NCBI GenBank assembly: GCA_026387435.1
Contig: JAPLLS010000035.1
Location: 1,692-65,691 of the forward strand
Source: Candidatus Omnitrophota bacterium
Lineage (GTDB): Bacteria; Omnitrophota; Gorgyraeia; Gygaellales; Profunditerraquicolaceae
Length of the DNA: 64,000 nt
Direction of reading: 5' to 3'
Each line of letters starts with the position of its first letter. The first letter of the stretch is position 1. Positions 1 to 9,586 of the stretch are shown one piece after another. The notes beneath the pieces were generated by a model. That model made no database searches. It was not told the origin of the DNA and saw only the letters and a program-made list of their open reading frames with translations. A program made the position numbers and the translations under genes.

Positions 1-3000
1 TCTCTGTGCGCCAGTCGCTTTCCAAGCATCTATCGTTATTGTTTCCTCTTTGAACGCTCCTGTTATCTCTTGTGTTTTGATCGTTCTTGTTATCTCTTGC
101 GGAGCTAAATTGCTGTAACGTTCGGCCATATTCTTCATTTCATTAGTTACCCCGTGCGGACTTACGGCAAAAGCGGTAAGTTCTGCCCATAACGCTCCGG
201 TCAAAGCTCTGGCTCCCAATACTTGCAAATAATTATCGTCATTTATATTTACTCCGAAGCTTTTGAGTTGCTCGCTATAACCATTCTTCAAATCATCCTG
301 GCTATAATTCATAATAGCGGGCAATGCCGGCCGGGCCCAGCCCAAAGCTAACTCTTTTCCGGTAGTTATACCCGCGCCGATCGAAGTAATTATGGCGTGC
401 CTGACTAAGAAATTCTGCCAGGATTGGCTTGCGACTGGTTTTGAAAAATCAACCGGCGTCTTCCACCAAGCCTTAGCCGTAGCCCCACCAGCTTTAACTT
501 CAGGCGCTAAAGTACTGGCCCCAGCTTTAGCCTCAACTCCGCCTAAAGCCTCAACCGTAGCCCCGCCAGCTTTAACTTCAGGCGCTAACGTACTGGCCCC
601 AGCGTTAGCCTCAACTCCGCCTAAAGCACCGTTTCTTGCCGAAGCATATCTCATCAGATTGCTATCATCGGCAAACAACCTGGCCATGAGAGCATAGGAA
701 GCCCAATCAGCTGCGCCAGCTATATTGTTCGGGGAACCCAAGTTTTCATGAAAAAGAGCAACACCTGCGCCTGACCTGACTGCAGCCGCAGTCAACGGCC
801 AGGTCAAAAAAGATATTTTGTAAGCCGGGTTATATAAATTATTGAGGGTCTTGAGCATCTGCGGCTTATCTTCCAGCCAGTTCGCGCTAGTTCTTGCGGC
901 CAGAACCTTTGATGAGATCGTGCTCAAAGCGCCCATTGCTGCCCCATAAGCCAAACCTTGCGTAAAACCTTCGGAATAAGGAGTTATTACCAATGTATTC
1001 ATCCAGTTACGATCTGCTGTCGGATTATTCTTATAATAAACATCCAGACTGCCGGCCTGGGCATTTTTTACGTCGACAGTAATAGTCCCTACTGCCGGTG
1101 CAGTGGTAATGGCGCTAATTAGGGCATTCTTCCCCACATTACGCAAAAAAGTTGTAGCGGGAGTATTCGCAAAATTTGAATTTAAAATATGCGTAGAGAC
1201 CACTTTTGAAATTCCGGCTGTAACAAATATCGCCTCGTCCTGTTCCGGGGAAAGTAATTGGCCGTTATGAAGAATATACGAACCCGCGTTTGCAAAAGCG
1301 GTATGAATAGATCCGGAGACGGCAAACCGGCCTGCGGTGTTCAGAAGTGAAGCAATGCGGGGGTAATTTGTTAAAATCTCTGGGGTTTTGTTTACTCCTG
1401 CATACCAGTCAGTGAATTGAGCTAACTTCGCTAGTCTAGGGGAATTCTTTAACGCCTCGTTTGCCCAGGATAATCCTTGCGACGGAAGGGCCAAAGCAAA
1501 AGCTTCCCCAATTCCGTTAAAACTCGCTGAAGCTATATCATAACCGAGATTGATCTTTTCGCCGGAAGCATATTTCCCGCCTACATTAAAAAGTATGCTT
1601 GCGCCAACTGTCCAGGGAGCTAAACCTGCGGCTGTTGAGGCGATACCAGCTGCCCCGGAAACAAAACCAGTACCAAAACCAGCAGCAAAAGTTCCGGTCC
1701 CGGCACTTGTTGCAGCCGCACCTCCGGCTAATCCCCCGGCGACTCCTCCGGTTACCAAAGCTAACCCCGCTACGACAGTAGCTTCTGAAGCCGGCTTTAC
1801 AAGATAATTGTAGTTGTCGTCGCCTACGAATCCTTTCCAATAAGCCTCATTGCTCTTATCCATACCTTTCCAGGTAGTGGTAGCGCCTTTGAGGATCCCG
1901 GTATTTTCATTCCACAGTTTATCGCCTATTCCGGTATGGGTGACATTATCGTCAACCCACTCTAAACCTCCGCCTACGTGGTCACGCAGCCCCATGAAAC
2001 CCCTGAGTACAAATTTATTCGGCGCTGAGAAAATATCTCCGACCTCTTTATTTCCGGTTAGGTATGCCACATTCGCGATCGCCTCAGTAGGGCCGCCGAT
2101 TAATACCGGGTAAGTTATTGTTGAAAACTTCACGGTTGTCATTGCAGCGGTTTGCCATTTATTTGCGCCCTGCCAGAGGGGATTTATAAGAGATTTACCT
2201 GGGATTTTATTTACTATCGACGCAACCGTGCTGCTTTGGGATAAATAGCTTGATAGCGGCCCAAGCCCTAAAAGAGTGAAACCGCCAAAGCCACCGGAAG
2301 CCGCGGCCTCTAACATTTGATCATTACTCAGAGTTTTTCCGGTTGAAACGTAATGGGCCAGGCTGGAAATTCCCATGTTCAAAACCATCCCGCTTCCCAC
2401 TGTACCGGCATACAATCCTGCGGTGCTTAAACCAGTGGTTCCGAAAACAGTTACCGCCCCGGCGGCAGTAGTTGCTCCGGTCAAAGCCGCGGCTCCGTAT
2501 CCACCGGATATAGCGAACAACCCCACTTTGGCAAAAGCCAGGGGGTCGACTCTGTCCAGACCCGTAAGCTGTTTGCTGGGATCCTGAAGATCCCGGCCCA
2601 GGCCTAACTTTGTCCAGGCGCTCAACATCCCGCCGCCCGGTAGACCGCCGCCGGTGATTCTGTCGATCTTGGCCCCGAATGCTTTGGCTTCCGTACTTCC
2701 GGCTTGAATGCCTCCGGTCAAGTAAGTTATGGCATTATTGCTGCCATAGCCGGTACCCAAGCCGGTGCCGATCGCCCAAAGCCCAGCTCCCACCACGCCA
2801 AACTGGTTGGTATAATGAGTATATTCCGGGCCCAGTCTTGAAGTTATAGATTTAAGTCCATTGTCTTTGATATTGGCGGCAGAGCTTGCCAGGGACCCGA
2901 CTCCGCTCCTGAACGAATCTACTCCTGAGTTGGCCATGCTACTCGCTGTGCCTAGCGCTGATCCGGCCCTGGTCCTGAACGAATCTACTCCTGAGTTGGC

Positions 3001-3906
3001 CATCTTGCTCGCTGTGCCTAGCGCTGATCCAACTCTCTTGCTTATGTCGTCAAAAGCGCCAAAGATATCGCTTCCGCCTTTTACTTTCTGAGCTTCCTGC
3101 TTGCTGGCCGGGCTTAAGTTTAAACGGCGGGATTCTGTTTTGGATCTATCCACCAGGATATAACCGCTGAATTTTGCCGGGACTTCTTGTTTAGCGATAA
3201 ACTCTTCTTTTTCTTTTTCCAGGTAATAGATCTTCTCAGGAGTGACCCGGGTCACTAAAATGAAATGTTCCGCGTTGAGGTGGGCAATAAAAGGGGTGAG
3301 GCTGTTCAGCGATTCATCAATCAATTCCTGGGGTTTGACTTTGAAAGCTTCCAGCTCAAATCCAAATCCGCCGGCTACTTTCTGGATCGCATAAAGGCTG
3401 CTCCTGAGCTGGCCCTTGTAATCTTTGATGTTCCCGCTTAAAACATCGACCATGACCACCTGCAAGGTCAGCTCATACTGATTGGCGGTTTTCTGGCGGT
3501 ATTTTAAAAAGTTATTCAGGGCGTAGACCCCGCAATAATTGCTGACCTGGGTCTCGGAACTTCTTAACCAGTCATAAATCTTTTTAACTTCCCGGGCAGT
3601 GATTATCTTTGTATCTTTGGGGTTTTCTACCCCATCGACAACCAGGTTTTCGGAGATCTTGATCTTCTGTAAGGGTTTGTTGGCGAGGAAATCCAGGGAG
3701 CGCTTGATGTTCTCGGCTACGAAGTTGGAAACATATCCTTCCTGTCCGGCTCCCACCATTTGTTTCGGAGCCCAGAGGATGGTGGGGTCGTAGCCCATAG
3801 CCCAGGAAGCTTGCTCCGGTAAAAAGACCAGGACGACCAGCGCAGCGATCACTCTGATCCATCTGGGGTAGTTGGTCTTCATCACGGCTTTGTCCTGGGT
3901 ATTCAT
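1..3906 (-). CDS. Giant secreted/surface protein, partial (runs off the window start). It has an N-terminal TM anchor, a peptidase C39-like cysteine peptidase domain, and then long Gly/Ala/Ser/Thr-rich repetitive regions.
   Basis: Manual reverse-strand translation from the ATG at 3906 (MNTQDKAVMKTNYPRWIRVIAALVVLVFL...) is open down to base 1. This reading frame is truncated at the window edge, so the ORF track does not list it. A C39-like motif is seen around 3480-3600 (TQVSNYCGVYALNNFL ... AEHFILV). Tandem peptide repeats are seen (SALGTASKMANSGVDSFR x2; GGATVEALGGVEAKAGASTLAPEVKA x2). The plus-strand ORFs 392..697, 1550..1807 and 2861..3091 are antisense shadows of this gene. Confidence 0.6.
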   Translation of the reverse strand, partial: MNTQDKAVMKTNYPRWIRVIAALVVLVFLPEQASWAMGYDPTILWAPKQMVGAGQEGYVSNFVAENIKRSLDFLANKPLQKIKISENLVVDGVENPKDTKIITAREVKKIYDWLRSSETQVSNYCGVYALNNFLKYRQKTANQYELTLQVVMVDVLSGNIKDYKGQLRSSLYAIQKVAGGFGFELEAFKVKPQELIDESLNSLTPFIAHLNAEHFILVTRVTPEKIYYLEKEKEEFIAKQEVPAKFSGYILVDRSKTESRRLNLSPASKQEAQKVKGGSDIFGAFDDISKRVGSALGTASKMANSGVDSFRTRAGSALGTASSMANSGVDSFRSGVGSLASSAANIKDNGLKSITSRLGPEYTHYTNQFGVVGAGLWAIGTGLGTGYGSNNAITYLTGGIQAGSTEAKAFGAKIDRITGGGLPGGGMLSAWTKLGLGRDLQDPSKQLTGLDRVDPLAFAKVGLFAISGGYGAAALTGATTAAGAVTVFGTTGLSTAGLYAGTVGSGMVLNMGISSLAHYVSTGKTLSNDQMLEAAASGGFGGFTLLGLGPLSSYLSQSSTVASIVNKIPGKSLINPLWQGANKWQTAAMTTVKFSTITYPVLIGGPTEAIANVAYLTGNKEVGDIFSAPNKFVLRGFMGLRDHVGGGLEWVDDNVTHTGIGDKLWNENTGILKGATTTWKGMDKSNEAYWKGFVGDDNYNYLVKPASEATVVAGLALVTGGVAGGLAGGAAATSAGTGTFAAGFGTGFVSGAAGIASTAAGLAPWTVGASILFNVGGKYASGEKINLGYDIASASFNGIGEAFALALPSQGLSWANEALKNSPRLAKLAQFTDWYAGVNKTPEILTNYPRIASLLNTAGRFAVSGSIHTAFANAGSYILHNGQLLSPEQDEAIFVTAGISKVVSTHILNSNFANTPATTFLRNVGKNALISAITTAPAVGTITVDVKNAQAGSLDVYYKNNPTADRNWMNTLVITPYSEGFTQGLAYGAAMGALSTISSKVLAARTSANWLEDKPQMLKTLNNLYNPAYKISFLTWPLTAAAVRSGAGVALFHENLGSPNNIAGAADWASYALMARLFADDSNLMRYASARNGALGGVEANAGASTLAPEVKAGGATVEALGGVEAKAGASTLAPEVKAGGATAKAWWKTPVDFSKPVASQSWQNFLVRHAIITSIGAGITTGKELALGWARPALPAIMNYSQDDLKNGYSEQLKSFGVNINDDNYLQVLGARALTGALWAELTAFAVSPHGVTNEMKNMAERYSNLAPQEITRTIKTQEITGAFKEETITIDAWKATGAQR

Positions 3907-4384
3907 ATTATTATAATAATAATAATAATAAAAAATAAAAAAACTTTGGCTAAACTTTTTAAATCTAATTATTAAGCGTGAAAAAAAAATAACTAGTCAC
4001 CGTTTCGGCAGCCTAGTTATCGACGAGAATTCCGTGGCTTTGCTATCCCAAAAAGTTCTTTAAAGGGACAACCTTTTCGTTCGGCACTATAAATATAACA
4101 TATATATAAGTACTTGTCAATACTAAGTTTTAAGTTCAAAGAAAACCCTTTCAAAACAGTTAAAAAAGCCTCTTTGGGCGAAAATTTAAGCCCAAGATTT
4201 GAGCCGAAGAAATAAAATCATGCTCGTTTTCTTCAAACAAAACCGCCTAGCTAAAACCTGAAAACTCGCTTTTCCTGGCCCAAGAGCTTTGCTCCATTTC
4301 ATCCCCACCTACCCGCATGACCCCCAAAAACCACGTTCCCCTCAGCTAACTAACCACTCTAGGTCTGAGTTAAAATGAAACCAA

Positions 4385-4455
4385 TTTAGTAAATTGGACA
4401 TTTATAAATCAACAAACTATTGTCCAATTTCAAAAACAATGTCCAGATTTGTAAA
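4385..4455 (-). promoter_or_regulatory. Promoter/operator region of the giant-protein gene. It contains one direct and two inverted copies of TGGACA(TTTAT). The coding strand reads TTGATTTATAAATGTCCAA, the same motif as at the HTH-gene promoter.
   Basis: ttggacatttataaatcaa at 4394-4412, ttgtccaa at 4420-4427, atgtccag at 4439-4446. The coding-strand sequence TTGATT-N17-CTAAAT resembles a sigma70 promoter. Downstream is an AT-rich leader about 470 nt long containing an (AAT)n run. Confidence 0.4.
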
Positions 4456-4500
4456 TTAGTGATAGAAAGAAGAGCTAAACTGAAGAATTAAACTGAGGAA

Positions 4501-5367
4501 TTAGAATTTCAATTGTCCGCCCTGGGTAAACTTGATCAATATTGGGCCGGCAACAATGATTAAAACCACAGGCAGAATAAAGAAAAGCAGGGGGAATAAG
4601 AGTTTGATCGGCGCTTTTAAAGCCATTTCCTCGCCTTTTTGAAAGCGGATATCGCGCAATTCTTCAGCGTGCATTTTAAGCGCGGTAGTGATCGGAGTAC
4701 CCATTCTATCCGCTTGGAGCAAAGTGCGGACAAAAGAATTGATCTCCTGGCTTTTAATCCGGGCGGCCAGGTTTTTCAAAGAATCCCTGCGGGAAAGGCC
4801 CATCTGGATCTCCCGGACTAAAACTTTCAATTCCTCAACTAATACGCACGGCCGGAATTCTTTAATGACATGATTAACCGCAACCATAAAATCCAGGCCT
4901 GCGCCAACGCAGATATTCAAAAGGTCGATTACATACGGCAGGTCTTTTAAGACTTCTTTTTTTCTTTTCTTGATCTGGTTGGTAAGCCAAAGATCCGGGA
5001 GAAAATAGGCTATGACCATGGCCAAAACTAAGATCCACGGCTGAGGCTGGAAAAGGATATAGAGCCCTAAAGGCAAGCCAACCGTAGACAAAAACTTCAG
5101 GGCCATGAACTGGCTCATGTTCATAGGCCTGCCGGCAGCATATAATTTAAGTTTGATCTTTTCCGTAAATTTTGATTTTTTGACCAGCCGGTCGGTGAAT
5201 TGGGCGGTAAAACTCAAAACTTCTTTAGTGTCGAATTTCTTGGACTCTTCCTGGCCTTTCATCTCCTTAGGTAAAGTGACTTCTTCCAGCACGTGCTTGC
5301 TGGTCAATAAGAAGAAGGCCATGCTGATACAAAGAATCAATAACATCAAAGCCATAACTAAAAGCAT
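4501..5367 (-). CDS. tadC: TadC-like pilus assembly inner-membrane protein (T2SS-F/GspF domain)
   Basis: 288 aa polytopic protein. Its T2SSF-type cytoplasmic domain (…LKVLVREIQMGLSRRDSLKNLAARI…QADRMGTPITTALKMHAEELRD…) is followed by C-terminal TM helices. It lies directly after the TadB-like gene. Confidence 0.8.
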   Translation of the reverse strand: MLLVMALMLLILCISMAFFLLTSKHVLEEVTLPKEMKGQEESKKFDTKEVLSFTAQFTDRLVKKSKFTEKIKLKLYAAGRPMNMSQFMALKFLSTVGLPLGLYILFQPQPWILVLAMVIAYFLPDLWLTNQIKKRKKEVLKDLPYVIDLLNICVGAGLDFMVAVNHVIKEFRPCVLVEELKVLVREIQMGLSRRDSLKNLAARIKSQEINSFVRTLLQADRMGTPITTALKMHAEELRDIRFQKGEEMALKAPIKLLFPLLFFILPVVLIIVAGPILIKFTQGGQLKF

Positions 5368-5368
5368 A

Positions 5369-6220
5369 TTACACCTCTACCTTGCTTAATTTTCTGATCA
5401 GGATTATGCCGATTATTTCCGAACACGCCGCCCAGATCAAAAGCTTCCGGCCAATAGGGCTATTAAGCATTATATCGAAACTTTCAGGATTCACTTGTTT
5501 TACAAACAAAGCAAAAGCGATCGGCAGGATGCACATGATCAGTCCCTGGAGCCGGCCCTGCACGGTTAAAGCCCTGACTTTTCTCTCCAGCTTGATCTTG
5601 TCTCTGATGGTAATAACCAGCTGGGCGAAAATATCGGTTAAATTACCTCCGGTCTCGCGGGCTACGGAAACTGCGGAAGTTATCAGCCCCAAATCGTCGA
5701 TCGGCATTCTTTTCCTCAAATTATCCAAGCACTCATCCAGCGGCATTCCCATGCTGTTTTCCCTGACTACCAGGGCAAATTCTTCACGCATGGGGTCAGG
5801 CATTTCTTCGACCAATATTTCAAAAGCCTGGTTTAAACTCATCCCCGCTTTTAAAGCGCTGGAAAGGATCATTAAGGCATCAACCAGCTGCCCCTGGAAT
5901 TTCATCCTGCGCCGGAAAGCCAGGTTCTTCATTATAGCTGCGGGGATAATGAAACCGACGGCAAGGCCCGCGCCGATGCCGATAAGAGGGAATTTGCGCA
6001 ACAAAACATACCCCGCCAAGGCTAATACCACCGGGGATATGGTAAAGAACGGCAACATCTTGCGCCCCTGGTTGGCCATGAACAGGCGGTCAAGGCCGGA
6101 CGCGGTTGTATCCATTCTTTTTTTCTGAAGCTTGGAATATTTATCCGTGCCTACGGGAATGGACACATAGGCCAAGTATCCGATCGACCCTAAAAAAAGA
6201 ATGAGGATTATAAATACCAT
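5369..6220 (-). CDS. tadB: TadB-like pilus assembly inner-membrane protein (T2SS-F domain)
   Basis: 283 aa; T2SSF domain signature (…DALMILSSALKAGMSLNQAFEIL…SVARETGGNLTDIFAQL…) with flanking TM segments. Confidence 0.8.
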   Translation of the reverse strand: MVFIILILFLGSIGYLAYVSIPVGTDKYSKLQKKRMDTTASGLDRLFMANQGRKMLPFFTISPVVLALAGYVLLRKFPLIGIGAGLAVGFIIPAAIMKNLAFRRRMKFQGQLVDALMILSSALKAGMSLNQAFEILVEEMPDPMREEFALVVRENSMGMPLDECLDNLRKRMPIDDLGLITSAVSVARETGGNLTDIFAQLVITIRDKIKLERKVRALTVQGRLQGLIMCILPIAFALFVKQVNPESFDIMLNSPIGRKLLIWAACSEIIGIILIRKLSKVEV

Positions 6221-6244
6221 TTAACCTCTTGGTTGATTATCTGC

Positions 6245-6442
6245 TTAATTGCTGGTGTGAAGGGGATCATATTGCCTGCCGTGGCCGAATATATCCATCG
6301 ACTGTTTCCATTTCCCGGAAACAGCCCTTTTCAAGTAGGCAGACATGCCTAAAAGAGCTACGCCCACAACCGCTACAAGAACGGCGTATTCGATTAAGGA
6401 CATCCCTTTTAATGGTCTATATTTCATTTTACTGGCTTTCAT
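6245..6442 (-). CDS. flp: Flp-like (class III / type IVc) prepilin
   Basis: 65 aa; KG|MSLIEYAVLVAVVG leader/processing motif (Gly-1, Glu+5), a single hydrophobic helix, and the M-x-Y-x-KRAVSGKWK motif shared with its paralogs. Confidence 0.65.
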   Translation of the reverse strand: MKASKMKYRPLKGMSLIEYAVLVAVVGVALLGMSAYLKRAVSGKWKQSMDIFGHGRQYDPLHTSN

Positions 6443-6677
6443 GGAATATGTTCATCGGTGTGTTGCCGTTTCCCTGGTTAAAAAAATCGACCCCGGTTGC
6501 CGCGGTGCCCGTATTCATGTTACGGGTAGTTTCGTAAGCATTATGCCGGTTGACTATTCTGGCCCCAAACCAGACAAACATTTTGGTGGCCAGGACAACA
6601 AACAAAACCAGCATCACAAAGGTGATCACGAATTCCAGGCTGACCTGAGCTTTTAATCTCACTTTGGAGTTGTCCAT
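6429..6677 (-). CDS. Minor pilin / pseudopilin-like protein (TadE-like size class)
   Basis: 82 aa; KA|QVSLEFVITFVMLVLFVVL N-terminal prepilin-type segment followed by a short polar domain. Confidence 0.5.
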   Translation of the reverse strand: MDNSKVRLKAQVSLEFVITFVMLVLFVVLATKMFVWFGARIVNRHNAYETTRNMNTGTAATGVDFFNQGNGNTPMNIFHESQ

Positions 6678-7627
6678 GTTTTTGTGGGTTCCGCATCTCC
6701 GAAAGTAACGGTTACGTCATCACGGCCGCTTGATGTTATTATAACATGATTTAGAATTTCTGCACTATTTAATGATTCCGTGCTGGTATAACTATTGGCG
6801 TTTTCCACTAAGCCAAGGGTGCTGTCCCTTTTGATATCTTTATTCACCACTTGTTGTACTTCCAGAGTCGAATTCATTTGGCCGGCGTTTGGATTTAAAA
6901 AGTCGATCACTGCAGGAGGATCTCCCGCATTCCCGCTAACATCATAAACCCCATAATACTCTAGGCCGGACCTGGCGCTGTCATATTTCGTCGAGTCTAA
7001 AATACTTTTTTCACAATAATCCTCTAGGCAATCTGTATCATTCATTAAAACCATGACTTGTTTGGTGCCGTATCCCGGCTCCTGCTGATAAACCTTGGTT
7101 TGCGCCAGACTGCCAATATTGTAAATATCGTTGACTCCCTTAAGAATCGAGTCTGTATTCACTATTATGCTCCCGGGCTCGGGTTCCAAAGCTGCAGTAG
7201 TGTACTCCCGGATAACCGGAGCAACAAGATTGCTATCGGGATTAAAAACATATTGCACTGATTCTGAAGTGTCGAGAGTAGCATAATCTAATGGCGTGGA
7301 ATTATTGCTCCAATAAACTCCCTGTGCTCCCGTCCTTGCTTGGACCGTGCTCCTGCCTCCCAGACCAAACATATCCGTAGGATCGGGGGTTTCCACATCC
7401 TTGCGCACATCCACCACTTGAGCCTTAGGGACATTTGATGCGCTGGCCTTTTGCATAGCCCGGCGGAAAGCCTCCATTTTTGTTTCCTGCTCATAATTGA
7501 ACGACACGCCTTGCGAGACCATATAAGCTAAGACCATAAGAAGCAAAGAACCAAAAACCGCCACCTCGGCGAGGCTTTGGCCTTTATTACCCGGCCGGTT
7601 TTCTTTGATCCAACTGAAGTTTACCAT
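6659..7627 (-). CDS. Large minor pilin-like protein with a prepilin N-terminus (322 aa); candidate tip/adhesin subunit
   Basis: N-terminus …NKG|QSLAEVAVFGSLLLMVL carries the same G|QSxxE(+5) motif as the pilin array. A large polar C-terminal domain follows. Confidence 0.5.
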   Translation of the reverse strand: MVNFSWIKENRPGNKGQSLAEVAVFGSLLLMVLAYMVSQGVSFNYEQETKMEAFRRAMQKASASNVPKAQVVDVRKDVETPDPTDMFGLGGRSTVQARTGAQGVYWSNNSTPLDYATLDTSESVQYVFNPDSNLVAPVIREYTTAALEPEPGSIIVNTDSILKGVNDIYNIGSLAQTKVYQQEPGYGTKQVMVLMNDTDCLEDYCEKSILDSTKYDSARSGLEYYGVYDVSGNAGDPPAVIDFLNPNAGQMNSTLEVQQVVNKDIKRDSTLGLVENANSYTSTESLNSAEILNHVIITSSGRDDVTVTFGDAEPTKTWTTPK

Positions 7628-7953
7628 GGGTTTAAATGCTCGCTGCCTGTTCTGGTCTGTTCTACTTGCTGAGAATCTGTCTCGTCTACTGCGTATTCAT
7701 CACCGTTCGTGATAACCTGGTAATTTGAGATGGCCTCGGAGTTCACGTTGGTCTGGATCGACGATAATTCCATGCCCTCTGAATCATAGGGGTTTTCGCT
7801 TATTTGATCCGCAGCCTGCTTGGCCTTGCCCTCAACAGCCCTTTTCATATAGAACTGCATAGCGATAATTCCTGCGGCTATGATAGCCACCAGGAAAGCG
7901 TATTCCAGCGTAGATTGCCCTTTTAATCTAAATTTTTTCATTGGTTTTTTCAT
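7621..7953 (-). CDS. Flp-like prepilin paralog
   Basis: 110 aa; KG|QSTLEYAFLVAIIAAGIIAMQFYMKRAVEGKAKQ. Confidence 0.6.
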   Translation of the reverse strand: MKKPMKKFRLKGQSTLEYAFLVAIIAAGIIAMQFYMKRAVEGKAKQAADQISENPYDSEGMELSSIQTNVNSEAISNYQVITNGDEYAVDETDSQQVEQTRTGSEHLNPW

Positions 7954-7955
7954 CG

Positions 7956-8477
7956 CTATCTGCCTCCAGCACCGGAGTTAGTTACTCCGCTGCGCCCGGC
8001 AGCTCCGCCGCCGCCGAAACCGTTGCTGCCGCCGAAACCGCCGCCGAAACCGTTGCTGCTAGGTGTCGTATCTGCAAACGTTGGAAATGTTTGCGCATAG
8101 AAGACCGGGCTGTGGATAATGCCGTACTTAAGGTACTCTGCCGGCGGTATAATTACGCTAGAGGATGCGTCAGTAACGCTGCTGTCTTGATTGATTTGAA
8201 ACCTTCTGTCGCCCCTGGCGTATTCATTAGTGATAAATTCCTGGTTAGAAACTGTTACGGTGGGATCCGGCGCATAATCCCACCCTACTGTTCTGCCCCC
8301 CTCTGTTTGCGGGTCTATACCCATGGCCTGTAATACAGGAGACCCCAGGTCATCGCTAGTAGACTTGATAATCCCCTGGATCCCTCTTTTAAAATAGGCC
8401 TGCATCGCAAAAACGGTTATCGCGACGCAGCCTATGAGCAAAGAATATTCCAGGAAACTCTGGCCTTTTCTCATCAT
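7956..8477 (-). CDS. Flp-like prepilin paralog with a Gly-rich C-terminus
   Basis: 173 aa; KG|QSFLEYSLLIG…MQAYFKRGIQG… and a C-terminal GFGGGFGGSNGFGGGGAAG tail. Confidence 0.6.
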   Translation of the reverse strand: MMRKGQSFLEYSLLIGCVAITVFAMQAYFKRGIQGIIKSTSDDLGSPVLQAMGIDPQTEGGRTVGWDYAPDPTVTVSNQEFITNEYARGDRRFQINQDSSVTDASSSVIIPPAEYLKYGIIHSPVFYAQTFPTFADTTPSSNGFGGGFGGSNGFGGGGAAGRSGVTNSGAGGR

Positions 8478-8517
8478 TATCCTTAAATTTTTAGAATCCT
8501 ACCCCAGGCAGCGCCAC

Positions 8518-8847
8518 CTATGGTTCAAGTGAAACATAGGTTGTGCTTCCTTGCGAGGTAAAATTCGAGTCAAAATCGCTGATCCGCTCGCCTCTGTTGC
8601 GGATATCCAGATATGTATTTTGCGACGTCTGGAAATCAGAGCTGCTGGAATAATAGTACGGCTCGTATTGACCGGCTTCAGCGCTCACGGATGCAGCGTC
8701 AACAACGTTCCGATAACGGCCGGAAACCCCCCGCTTGACATAAGTAACCATAGCCACAGCCGCCAATAAAACTGCGGCCAGGCAAAAAGCGTATTCAAGC
8801 GCGCCTTGGGCTTTCCGGCTCCTGGCCGGTGATTTACTGGCCTTCAT
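8518..8847 (-). CDS. Flp-like prepilin paralog
   Basis: 109 aa; …KAQG|ALEYAFCLAAVLLAAVAMVTYVKRGVSGRYRN; Ser-rich C-terminus. Confidence 0.55.
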   Translation of the reverse strand: MKASKSPARSRKAQGALEYAFCLAAVLLAAVAMVTYVKRGVSGRYRNVVDAASVSAEAGQYEPYYYSSSSDFQTSQNTYLDIRNRGERISDFDSNFTSQGSTTYVSLEP

Positions 8848-9160
8848 ACAGATCTGCGCCTGCTCCGGTAGTCCACGTTGCCAAAGCTTCCTGACCCGTC
8901 TTAGAACTTACCGAGTCTGCGTTGAGAGTCGTCGTTGCTACCCCGCCAGCTTCCGATTGATGCGCATCTGAGTTTGAGGTAGACGTTAAAGTGGCGGTAT
9001 ATTTCGCCGGCTCAAACTGTTCTCCCATATTATCACCAGCGGCTTTTAATTTCCCTTCCCAACCGCGTTTGACATAAAACTGCATGGCCAAAAGCCCGCC
9101 GACAATAATTGCTACAACTATAGCGTACTCCAGTGTGCTTTGCCCTTTTCTGTTTAACAT
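8834..9160 (-). CDS. Flp-like prepilin paralog
   Basis: 108 aa; KG|QSTLEYAIVVAIIVGGLLAMQFYVKRGWEGKLK; Ser/Thr-rich C-terminus. Confidence 0.6.
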   Translation of the reverse strand: MLNRKGQSTLEYAIVVAIIVGGLLAMQFYVKRGWEGKLKAAGDNMGEQFEPAKYTATLTSTSNSDAHQSEAGGVATTTLNADSVSSKTGQEALATWTTGAGADLYEGQ

Positions 9161-9201
9161 TTTTTTGTCCCTCCTCGTCTAAATAATTTTTATTAAGCGC
9201 G

Positions 9202-9543
9202 TTATTGGGGTGCTAAAGTAGTATCCACAGCACCGCTTTTTTTCCTGGATTCCTCACTGATCCCGTTGTTGTTAAGTCCGCCGTTATTTGCCCAAACAGC
9301 CTGCTTTGTTGAAGAACTGGTCATGTCCGCTTCGGATTGGACATAATACGGTTCATACTGGGCGCCGTCAAAAGTTAAAACTTGGCCCCCGACATCCGAG
9401 CCAGTGCCGGTATGGTCAACGGCATTTCTCACTCTTCCCTGAAGACCTCTTTTAACGTAAGTCTGCATAGCTGCAGCTGCTCCGACAACCAAAGCAAGCA
9501 GTATCGCGTACTCCAAAATATTCTGCCCTTTGCGATTAAACAT
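9202..9543 (-). CDS. Flp-like prepilin paralog (start placed at the internal Met)
   Basis: ORF 9202..9642 carries an implausible N-terminal extension. The prepilin-type start MFNRKG|QNILEYAILLALVVGAAAAMQTYVKRGLQGRVRN begins at 9543. Confidence 0.55.
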   Translation of the reverse strand: MFNRKGQNILEYAILLALVVGAAAAMQTYVKRGLQGRVRNAVDHTGTGSDVGGQVLTFDGAQYEPYYVQSEADMTSSSTKQAVWANNGGLNNNGISEESRKKSGAVDTTLAPQ

Positions 9544-9586
9544 CTTTTCACCTCCCATTATTAGTTTTGCATTATTTTTACTAAAC

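Noticed and set aside
392-3091. Plus-strand ORFs 392..697, 1550..1807, 1850..2113, 2375..2587 and 2861..3091 with low-complexity A/P/T-rich translations
   Set aside because: They are antisense shadows of the long uninterrupted minus-strand giant-protein frame. Their repetitive translation mirrors the G/A/S/T-rich coding strand.
5382-6128. 248-aa plus-strand ORF overlapping the TadB-like gene
   Set aside because: It is fully antisense to a gene with clear T2SS-F domain signatures. The ORF has no recognisable motifs and Ser/Arg-rich composition typical of antisense frames. The same reasoning applies to 13361..14197, 15213..15587, 54597..55289, 54883..55524 and 55725..56352.
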